A stretch of 64,000 nt of DNA from Candidatus Multivoradales bacterium (GTDB lineage: Bacteria; Acidobacteriota; Thermoanaerobaculia; Multivoradales; J023): the NCBI GenBank assembly GCA_965248925.1, contig CBDFLE010000006.1, positions 2,432,001 to 2,496,000 on the forward strand, given 5' to 3'. The notes beneath the pieces are model-generated. The model made no database searches, was not told the DNA's origin, and saw nothing but the letters and a program-made list of their open reading frames with translations. Made by a program: the position numbers and the translations under genes. Below are positions 1 through 8,014 of the stretch, piece after piece; position 1 is the stretch's first letter, and each line of letters begins with the position of its first letter.

Positions 1-31
1 CGGGCGCCGCGGAATGATCGGGGGTAGCCAT
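1..31 (-). CDS. 5' end of next act operon gene (probably ActC/NrfD), runs off window
   Basis: ATG at 31-29 on minus strand with a GGAGAG RBS-like sequence, just after the actB stop; identity inferred from usual actABC order only. Confidence 0.4.
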   Translation of the reverse strand, partial: MATPDHSAAP

Positions 32-57
32 TGCGTGGGTCTCTCCGTTCTCTCTTC

Positions 58-960
58 TCAAGCGCCCGGCGCGTCGCCGACGTTACTGTGCCCGTTCTTA
101 CCGGGCTCGTTCTTGCCGGGCCCCGAGTGAGCCGCTGGCGCCGTGCGAGCAAGCCGCGGATTGGGGTTGCGGATCCGCGCCAAATAGGAAGTCCGCGGCC
201 GATTGCCGAGTTCCTCAAGCAGGGTGTAGTTCAAAGCAACCCCCTTGCGCTGAGCGACTGCCGAATGCGGATCGTTGATATCGCCAAATATAATCGCCTC
301 CGACGGGCAGGCTTGCTGGCATGCGGTGATGATCTCACCGTCGCGAATCTGACGCCCTTCGACCTTCGCCTCGATGCGCGCATGATTGATCCGCTGCACG
401 CAGTAGGTACATTTCTCCATCACCCCGTGCGAGCGCACCGTGACATCCGGATTGCGCCGCAGCTGGAGTTCCGGCGTGGTGAAATCTTGGTAGAGATAAA
501 AATTGAATCGCCGCACCTTATAGGGGCAGTTGTTGGAGCAGTAGCGAGTGCCGACACAGCGGTTGTAGACCATGTCGTTGAGCCCCTCGTCACAATGCAC
601 CGTCGCCGCCACCGGACAGACCACCTCGCAGGGTGCTTCCTCGCACTGCATGCAGGGAACCGGCTGGTGGAAGATCTCGTCGACTTGATCCGCCGACTCG
701 CCACCAAAGTAGCGGTCGATACGGATCCAATGCAGCTCCCGGCCGCGGCCGACTTGATCCTTGCCCACCACCGGAATGTTGTTCTCCGACTGGCAGGCCA
801 CCAAGCAGGCATTGCAGCCGGTGCAGGTCGACAGGTCGATGGTCAACCCCCAGGCATAGCCGTCATCGGGGTGATCCTTGCCGTCCATCAAGGAGATGTC
901 GAGCGGTCCGTGTGATGCACCGGCAGGTATTGGGCGCCCTGGCCACTGGCCGGTGCCGCC
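58..960 (-). pseudogene. actB: ActB C-terminal 4Fe-4S (NrfC/DmsB-like) domain of alternative complex III, out of frame with its upstream part
   Basis: [89 protein letters not shown] motifs in ORF 58..1266; frame change near 930-965. Confidence 0.9.
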
Positions 961-2105
961 CCCCTCTCGTCGGCCCCATGGCCACCACCAGCGACATGCT
1001 CGACGAGAAAATCGCGATAGCCGGCCAAGGTGCCCCCACGCACCAGATTGCGACCTTCCATGTTGTGGTGGTCCTGGGTCGAAGCCAGCTGATAGGTGCC
1101 GGCGATCGGCGTCACCGACACCGCCGCGCCAACATTCCAGGGGGCGCTGCTGGTGAGCAGAGGGTTGGCGTCGAAACCCAGGCCATCGGCCACCCGACCC
1201 GCCCGCCAACGGCCGTAGCCGAGGTGCAGGGTCAGGCTGTCTTCGGCTTGGCCGGGCAACACCCAAACCGGCAGTTCGAGCGCCCGCTCGGCCACCGTCA
1301 GCAGCACCCGCGGCGCATCGGCAGCCTGGTCGTCACCCTGCACCAGATCGCCGAGACCGAGGCGGCGGGCGGTAGCCGGCGCCAGCAGCAGGGCATTGTC
1401 CCAGGTCAGCTTGGTCAGCGGCTTGGGACACTCCTGCAGCCAGGTGTTGTTGGCCTGAGCGCCGTCCCCCACCGTCGGATCGGGACGGAATTGAAGCTCC
1501 AATCCCGCCGCGCCCCGTTTGGCCAGAGTCAGTGCCGCCGCCGCTGCCGCCGACCGGTCGGCAGAGGCCGTCCTCGGCGCCGCCGCGGTAGCCGGATCGA
1601 GGCCATCGTGCAGCAGCCGCCGCCAATAGCTGTCGAAGCTGCCGCTGCCGTCCCAGAAGCCGCGCCAGGTCTCGCGCACCAGCTGTTCGACCGGCTCGGT
1701 ACCACGGCCGAGCAGCAGCGCCATCATCTCGACCGGCGTCTTGCCGCCGAACAAAGGCTCGATGATCGGCTGATCGTCGCGAAAACTGGCCCGCACCGGC
1801 TCTAGCATGGGACTGTCCTGCCAGATCATCTTGTGGCAATTCATGCAGGTCTCAGTCGGCGGCATGCCCGCCGAAGCGGCGCGCTCGACCGAGGTGTGGC
1901 AGTAACGACAGTCGATGCCCATGGCCGCCGTGTGGTGGTCGTGGCTGAACGGTACCGGCTGTTCGTAGACCAAACCCTCGTTAGTCTTCAGCGGCGAACG
2001 CTCGAAACCCATCACCAGGGTAATAGCGCCGCTGGCCACGACGATCAAACCCAGCAAGCTCAGCCGGGAGAGGACATTGCTGCGAGGACTGAAGATTTGC
2101 GCCAT
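888..2105 (-). pseudogene. actA: ActA (cytochrome c3-like) N-terminus fused in frame to ActB molybdopterin-oxidoreductase-like middle region
   Basis: MAQIF..TM..EQPVPFSHDHH..DCRYCH..TCMNCH (ActA), then switch at DDQP|IIEPLFGG to ActB motifs [45 protein letters not shown]. Confidence 0.8.
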
Positions 2106-2189
2106 CTGAATGCTCTCGCCGACGCTCGACCCAGATTCGGAAAGGCGGTGACCGGCGGTCAGAATGAAGCTAGCGACCCCCAGAAATCA

Positions 2190-2209
2190 CTTGTGAAGAA
2201 TTTCACAAG
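2190..2209. promoter_or_regulatory. Rex (NADH/NAD+ redox repressor) operator upstream of act operon
   Basis: cTTGTGAA-GAAT-TTCACAAg, exact match to Rex consensus TTGTGAA-N4-TTCACAA, ~85 bp upstream of actA ATG. Confidence 0.8.
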
Positions 2210-2252
2210 CTCATTATTCGGGGAACTGCAAATGTACCGTGAGAATTGTCAA

Positions 2253-2280
2253 CAAGAAAGTCCTGAGATGGCATCCCGCC
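2253..2280 (+). repeat. 28-bp motif copy 1 upstream of AraC-TPR gene
   Basis: CAAGAAAGTCCTGAGATGGCATCCCGCC, identical at 26791-26818. Confidence 0.85.
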
Positions 2281-2311
2281 ATCCCCGGCTGCTTGAGCTT
2301 CGCAGCCGGCC

Positions 2312-4033
2312 ATGAAGACACCAGCCAGCGATCAGCGCCACCGACAACACCCCATTCATCGCCGGCTCCACCAGGCACCGGCGCGCCAACCGTGGTGGCT
2401 ACGGTTCGCCAGTGGCAGGCACTCTGCTAAAGTCCCGGCAACTCTGTATGGGGGATGCATGGATTGGGATCAAGCTCTGGTGTTGCGCCAGGCTGCGGCG
2501 CGAGAGAGTCTGCAACGGATTCGCGGTGATCAGGTCGGCGCGCCGGCCGATGTTGGGCGTGCTCTCGAGGTTATTGCAGAGCGGCTGTTCGACGCGAAGC
2601 TGAAGGTCAAGAGCCTCAAGCTAGCCTGTCAGATCCGCGACAACTCCTTCTCCCTGCGTTTTCACCAGCATTGCGGCAGGCCACCGGTGGACTACCTGGC
2701 CAAGCGGCGTATCGATACCGCGGCGGTGTTGTTGGAGAGCGAACCGATCTCAGTGGGTCAGGTCGCCGAGCTGACCGGTTTCAACTCGCTTCAAGTCTTC
2801 AGCGATGCCTTCCTGCGCTGGATGGAGGCTCGGCCGCTGGCCTATCGCCAAGGCGTGCAACGCCTAGTTTCTGTCGCCAACCTAGAGCTGCTCAATCCGG
2901 GGACTCTACGGCTGGCGTGTCTCGGTAGGTTGGAGCCCAAGCCAGCGCGGCGATTGATCGGGCATTTGCAGGATCTGTACGCCACCGACGAACCGGTCGC
3001 GGGACCGGATGCAGCGGCGTCAGAGATCTGCGACAGCGAGCAGCAGCTTGCCACTGGACATTGGCGGGTGTTGCAGGATCTGCCGCCCGGCGAGCAGCAG
3101 AACTTAGTAAAAAGCCTTCCGCTACGCTCAGCAGCGCTGTTTCACCTGCTGCTCCAGCAATGTCGCTCGGAAGGGCGCCAAGATCGCAAGCGCGGCGTAC
3201 AGATTGCTGAACTGGCTCTCGACGCATTGCATGCAACGGGTCGCTACCTACCGCCCAAGAAGCTCCTCGAGCTGAAGGCGAAAGGCTGGGCATGGCTGGG
3301 AAATGCGCAGCGGCTGAACCTGGACTTGAAGAAGGCCGAGGCTTCGTTCGCCACCTCAGCCTGGCACCTTCCAGCTCCGAACACTGATAGGCGTATCTTG
3401 GCCGAGCATTGCGAGCTACTTGCTTCTCTTCGCTGGTATCAGCGACGGATGGATACGGCGGCAGAGCTTCAAGACCGAGCTGTGGCCCTACAGCGAACAA
3501 TTGGGGATCTAGTACCGCTAGCAAAAGCACTAATAGTTCGCGGGATTCTCTCTGCCTACTCCGGTCAAACTCCGTGGCGAGACCCGAATTCCCAGGAAGC
3601 TCTGCTGCTCCTCGATCCGTCGACGCAGCCGCTCCTCTCATTTGCCGCCCAATTCAACCTCGCGGTTGGGCAACTCTGCTCAGGAGAGCATGAAGTAGTT
3701 TGGGACCTACTGCCGCAGGCTCAAGAACTCGCGAGCCAAGTGCCCGGTACCTCCGCTAGCCTCCGCTTACGATGGTTGGAGGGCCTGCTCCACCATGCTA
3801 ACGGTGACAGCACGGCGGCCGTTCGCATCCTGGACGAGGTTTGTTGCAGTTTTTTCGATGCAGAAGATACGGGGCATTTTGAGGCGGCCAGAATTGACCT
3901 GGCAGCTGCAAAGAAAAATCTCTCACAGCCCCTTATCTTGAATCTGCGAACTCGCCGCAACTTTGCCGCAGCGCATCTCGCCACACCTCCTCCATCCGCG
4001 AGTGAAGCAGGAAAACACCGGCCACCCCGGTAG
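2312..4033 (+). CDS. AraC-family HTH regulator fused to TPR-like helical domain
   Basis: FHQHCGRPPVDYLAKRRIDTAAVLL..SVGQVAELTGFNSLQVFSDAFLRW (AraC HTH); AWLGNAQRL, LLSFAAQFNLA, RLRWLEGLL helical repeats; true start may be the later Met (~2459). Confidence 0.8.
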   Translation: MKTPASDQRHRQHPIHRRLHQAPARQPWWLRFASGRHSAKVPATLYGGCMDWDQALVLRQAAARESLQRIRGDQVGAPADVGRALEVIAERLFDAKLKVKSLKLACQIRDNSFSLRFHQHCGRPPVDYLAKRRIDTAAVLLESEPISVGQVAELTGFNSLQVFSDAFLRWMEARPLAYRQGVQRLVSVANLELLNPGTLRLACLGRLEPKPARRLIGHLQDLYATDEPVAGPDAAASEICDSEQQLATGHWRVLQDLPPGEQQNLVKSLPLRSAALFHLLLQQCRSEGRQDRKRGVQIAELALDALHATGRYLPPKKLLELKAKGWAWLGNAQRLNLDLKKAEASFATSAWHLPAPNTDRRILAEHCELLASLRWYQRRMDTAAELQDRAVALQRTIGDLVPLAKALIVRGILSAYSGQTPWRDPNSQEALLLLDPSTQPLLSFAAQFNLAVGQLCSGEHEVVWDLLPQAQELASQVPGTSASLRLRWLEGLLHHANGDSTAAVRILDEVCCSFFDAEDTGHFEAARIDLAAAKKNLSQPLILNLRTRRNFAAAHLATPPPSASEAGKHRPPR

Positions 4034-4467
4034 CCGAGCAGCTTGATTCGTAAGCCTCTGACTGGCCTTGGCCTGCCGCCGCCCTGTCGCATAGCAGCAA
4101 AGCATCAGCCCTCCCACCATAGAAAAAAGCTCCGCTGCAGCGGCAGAGGTGGTTCTCCTCAGCCTCGTCCATCCTCAAAAACCTTCACCTAGACGGATTC
4201 CGAAGACAACTACCGAAATCTATTCCGCGAACGTTGGTGAAATGCCTGGTTGGAGGCTCAACCCTGGGAACTGCGGGTCAGAATCCGAAGACGTTCTCAG
4301 TAGCGGGCGGGTTGGACATCGGCGAGAGTGAGCTTCGCCATCGGGGCAGTGCAGCAGAACTGGGGTCCTTCTCATCCCATCCCGTCGGCGGTCGGAGCAG
4401 TCTCTACACCCCTCGCTAGTGCTCCGGCCGCCGCGTCTTTTTTGCTGCTGCCCCGGTTGGAGAATCC

Positions 4468-4947
4468 ATGAAGGTCTTCTCACCCAAAATCAACCACCTG
4501 GCCGACCTCCTCTACGCGGCGGAAGAACAGGACGCAGAGGTTTGCAGCCTGGCCTGGTACCTGCTGGGTCGCGATCCGCTGACCGGACCCTTGTTGAGTG
4601 AGTTATTGATGCTGGCGGCCGACGCTCAAATCAAAGTCGGCAGCCAGCATTGGAGCCTGTCCGTGGTGGCGCTCAACCAGCAGGTCGACCGCCTGCTCAG
4701 TGCGGATGGGCGCATCTGGAAGATCGCCGCCGATCTGCTCGATCCCGATCGCGAAATAGGAACCGATCACGCGGGACTGATCGCGGTGCTCGATGCCCGC
4801 ATCTGCCGTTTCCGCGGCGACAGCTCGCGAATGCGCCGCCTCCGCCGCCGGCTGATCCGGGATTTAGAAAAGGAGTGGGGAAACCGAAAAGGGCTGGTAG
4901 GGCCTAGTGCCGAGGCAAAACGACGGACAAAAGAGCAGATTGTATAA
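4468..4947 (+). CDS. hypothetical protein
   Basis: 159-aa ORF with plausible RBS and protein-like composition; no motif recognised. Confidence 0.55.
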   Translation: MKVFSPKINHLADLLYAAEEQDAEVCSLAWYLLGRDPLTGPLLSELLMLAADAQIKVGSQHWSLSVVALNQQVDRLLSADGRIWKIAADLLDPDREIGTDHAGLIAVLDARICRFRGDSSRMRRLRRRLIRDLEKEWGNRKGLVGPSAEAKRRTKEQIV

Positions 4948-5363
4948 ATAGCTACTTCTGCTCGCTCAAATACTCCGGGAACCGATTTGTCGGATTGAGA
5001 GTCCAAACAGCTATGCAACGGAACCAACTGAAGGATGAAGACATGCATCGAAGATTCTGCCTGACTACCGTATCTCTCCTGCTCTTGACCTGCCTGGCCA
5101 CGGCCCCACTCCTCGCCCAATGCGACAACAATCCGATCGCCATCGACGACGAAGTGCTGCTCGCCGCCACTCCAGTGCTGATCGACGTGCTGGCCAATGA
5201 CCAAGAGCCCGACGGCGAGGCCCTCAGCCTGACGGTCCTCTCGACCACTTGTCCACTGACCTTCGAGGTGCTTTTTGATGTCGTCCGGCTGACCCCGACC
5301 CCAGACCTCCTGACCTACCCCTCCTAACCCTCTGAAAACACAGGACCGCCCCTCAGAGGTGGT

Positions 5364-6040
5364 GCGGACCCAAAACTGTCCGCTTTTTTCGGTGCCGAGG
5401 CATGATCGAGCATGGCACTGACGAGCGAGCACACCGTCCTGTTCCCAGACCACGCCGGGGTCCCCGATGGGGTTGTGGTGATCAACGACCGCTGCCGCCT
5501 CCAGCAGAGGGGCGGCTATCGGGTGGTGGTGGTCAGCGGCATGCCGCTCGCTCACTTCGCTGCCGGCGACAGGACAGGCGAGGCCCACGCGATGGTGAGT
5601 CTCGTTGAATTGGGCTGGGCACAGCAACGCGAGGTGGCCCTTGCGTTCGCTTGTGATGTGCGGACTGTGCGCCGGAATCAGCGCCGCTTCGAAGAAGGTG
5701 GGCTGGCTGCTCTGGGCCGGCCGCGCGGTTTTCCCCGGGGTCAGTCTCGGGTAGCGCAGGGCCGCCTGGACGCGGTCAACGGCTGGAAGGCCGAGGGTGT
5801 GTCGAATCGCGAGATTGGCCGGCGGCTGGGCATCGATGAGAAGGCCGTTCGCAAGCTCGCCAAGCGCCTGGGCTGGAAAGAGCGGTCGGTAGTGCAGATG
5901 ACGATGCCCTTCGAGAGTGCGGACCCAAAACTGTCCGCCTCTGATGAGCAGCAGGTCGACGGCCCCCTGAAAACTGCGGATCTTGCGCTCGACGCTGAGG
6001 GTGGCGGTGACCCAGCGGCTGCGGACCCAAAACTGTCCGC
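5364..6040. repeat. three copies of 20-bp palindromic motif GCGGAC-CCAAAACT-GTCCGC inside the IS
   Basis: exact copies at 5364-5383, 5919-5938, 6021-6040. Confidence 0.9.
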
Positions 6041-7805
6041 TTCTGCGTCCGAGCAAGATCAGGTTCCCCTCTCGCTGGACCTCGATCCAGCGGATCGCGC
6101 CAGCGATCGGCTGCTGGCGAGGCTGGGATTCCTCGATGATGCGGCGCCGATCTTCGGAGCGGCGACCCAGCTACCGGGCGCCGGTGCTCTGCTGGCGATT
6201 CCCGCCCTGGTGGACAGCGGCGTGCTCTCCATCGCGCAGGAGCTGTACGGCAGCATCGGGCCGGCCTTCTATGGGCTGCGCACCACTCTGGTAACCCTGC
6301 TGCTGATGGCACTGTTGCGGGTCAAGCGACCCGAAGGGCTCAAGGAGCGCTCACCCCGGCATTTGGGTCAGCTTCTCGGGCTCGACCGAGCGCCGGAAGT
6401 GAAAACCTTGCGCAACAAGCTCGCTCGGCTGGCCGCGCATGGCCTGGCCGCGGATCTCGGTCGCGCCCTCGCTCAGCGCCGGGTCGCCACCAGGGGCCAT
6501 GCCATGGGCTTCCTCTACGTGGACGGGCATGTGCGCGCCTACCACGGTGGCCGAGAGATTCCCAAGACACACGTAGCGCGGATGCGGATCGCGATGCCGG
6601 CCACCACCGACTACTGGGTCAACGATGCTGAGAGCGAGCCTCTCTTCGTGGTCCCCACCGAGGCCAACAAGGGGCTTGCGACGATGCTTCCCCTCATTCT
6701 CGAAGAGGTACGAAAGCTACTCGGAGACCGGCGAGTCACCGTCGTCTTCGACCGTGGGGGTTGGAGCCCGAAGCTGTTTGCGAAGCTCATCGCCAAGAAG
6801 TTCGACATCCTCACATACCGAAAGGCCCCCTTTCGTCCGGTGCCGTTGAGCAAGTTCGGGCAGATCAAGGACACGATCCACGGGCGGAAGCTCGAGTACC
6901 TCCTCGCCGATCAGCGTATCTACCTCGAGTATGGCCCGAGGAAGAAGCGCAAGCGGCTGTACCTGCGCCAGGTCACCCGCCTCTGCGACAACGGCCACCA
7001 GACGTCCATCATCACCTCCCGCCGCGACCTCTCCACACTCGAGGTCGCCTACCGCATGTTCGATCGTTGGAGGCAAGAGAACTTCTTCAAATACCTGCGC
7101 GAAGAATTCGCACTCGATGCCCTGGTGGACTATGGCACCGAGCCAGCGGACGCTGCCCGCGATGTGCCGAATCCCGAGCGCGGCAAGATCAATGCAGAGC
7201 TGCGCAAAGCTCACGCACATCTCGAGCAGCTCCGGGCCCACATCGGGATCGCTGCTCTTGAAAACCGCGAGGATCGGCGGCGCACGATGCGCGGATTCAA
7301 GATCGCCAACGCCGCCATCTCCGCCAGGGTCCGGGCAGCGATAGAGCAGATCACCGAACTCGAGAACCAGCGCGCGACCCTCCCCGTCCGCGTCCCCGTC
7401 CAAGAGGTCGTCGAAGCGGATGTCATCAAGCTGTCCGTCGAGCGCAAGCACCTCACCGATATTCTCAAGATGGTCGCCTACCAGGCCGAAGGTGATCTTC
7501 TCCGGCTCCTATCACCCCACTACCGCCGCACCGAGCAGGAGGGACGCACCCTGATCCAAAGCGCTTTCGCGGCCGGCGGCGATATGGAGGTTACCGACAC
7601 CGTGCTGCTCCTTTCCATCGACCCGCTCAGCTCTCCCCACAAGACGGCGGCGATCGCCGCCGTCTGCGAAGAACTCAACGCTACCGCCACCCACTTCCCC
7701 GGCACCGAGCTACGGATGCGGTTCGCGATCAAGAAGGCGCCACCCCGGAGCCTGGCCTTCCCAGGGCCTCGGAACACCTCCGGAGAGGCTCAACCGGACA
7801 TTTGA
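5412..7805 (+). CDS. putative DDE transposase with N-terminal HTH domains
   Basis: HTH (QREVALAFACDVRTVRR; SNREIGRRLGIDEKAVRK), LGLDRAPEVKTLR, FLYVDGH, VVFDRGGWS, RWRQENFFKY; fills the IR-bounded element. Confidence 0.88.
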   Translation: MALTSEHTVLFPDHAGVPDGVVVINDRCRLQQRGGYRVVVVSGMPLAHFAAGDRTGEAHAMVSLVELGWAQQREVALAFACDVRTVRRNQRRFEEGGLAALGRPRGFPRGQSRVAQGRLDAVNGWKAEGVSNREIGRRLGIDEKAVRKLAKRLGWKERSVVQMTMPFESADPKLSASDEQQVDGPLKTADLALDAEGGGDPAAADPKLSASASEQDQVPLSLDLDPADRASDRLLARLGFLDDAAPIFGAATQLPGAGALLAIPALVDSGVLSIAQELYGSIGPAFYGLRTTLVTLLLMALLRVKRPEGLKERSPRHLGQLLGLDRAPEVKTLRNKLARLAAHGLAADLGRALAQRRVATRGHAMGFLYVDGHVRAYHGGREIPKTHVARMRIAMPATTDYWVNDAESEPLFVVPTEANKGLATMLPLILEEVRKLLGDRRVTVVFDRGGWSPKLFAKLIAKKFDILTYRKAPFRPVPLSKFGQIKDTIHGRKLEYLLADQRIYLEYGPRKKRKRLYLRQVTRLCDNGHQTSIITSRRDLSTLEVAYRMFDRWRQENFFKYLREEFALDALVDYGTEPADAARDVPNPERGKINAELRKAHAHLEQLRAHIGIAALENREDRRRTMRGFKIANAAISARVRAAIEQITELENQRATLPVRVPVQEVVEADVIKLSVERKHLTDILKMVAYQAEGDLLRLLSPHYRRTEQEGRTLIQSAFAAGGDMEVTDTVLLLSIDPLSSPHKTAAIAAVCEELNATATHFPGTELRMRFAIKKAPPRSLAFPGPRNTSGEAQPDI

Positions 7806-8014
7806 GAAAAAGGGTATGTCAGGAGTTCTGGACCCCGGCGGTGCGAACGGCTTGCACGGTGACCTACCGAATCGAAGATGAGTCGCAGAATGTAGCCACG
7901 GCCACTATCGAGGTGACCCCGAACGGACCCTTATTTGCCGACGGCTTCGAGACCGGGAATAGCTCGCAGTGGACCGAAACTTGCGCCAGCGCCAGCTGCT
8001 AGGGGAGAACAATC

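Larger units (their letters stand above)
5301..7831 (+). mobile_element. insertion sequence of unclassified DDE family
   Basis: 20-bp terminal IRs CCAGACCTCCTGACCTACCC / revcomp CCAGAACTCCTGACATACCC (2 mismatches), ACC 3-bp target duplication (5298-5300, 7832-7834). Confidence 0.9.
5043..8002 (+). pseudogene. small secreted Ig-like/cadherin-like (Big_9-type) protein with C-terminal LFADGFETG motif, split by IS at 5301-7831
   Basis: signal peptide, NNPIAIDD..IDVLANDQEPDGEALSL; removing the IS and one ACC copy restores the frame VRLTPT-PAVRTACTVTYRIED..ATATIEV..LFADGFETGNSSQW. Confidence 0.8.

Noticed and set aside
31-1805. Long plus-strand ORFs 31..915 and 633..1805
   Set aside because: Antisense shadows of actB in GC-rich DNA; no motifs.
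4034-4467. Small ORFs between AraC-TPR and the 4468 gene as signalling peptides
   Set aside because: No convincing RBS or signal sequence; cannot be supported from sequence alone.
4767-6056. 429-aa minus-strand ORF with repeated GQFWVR
   Set aside because: Antisense to the transposase and crosses the IS boundary; the repeat is the 20-bp DNA motif.
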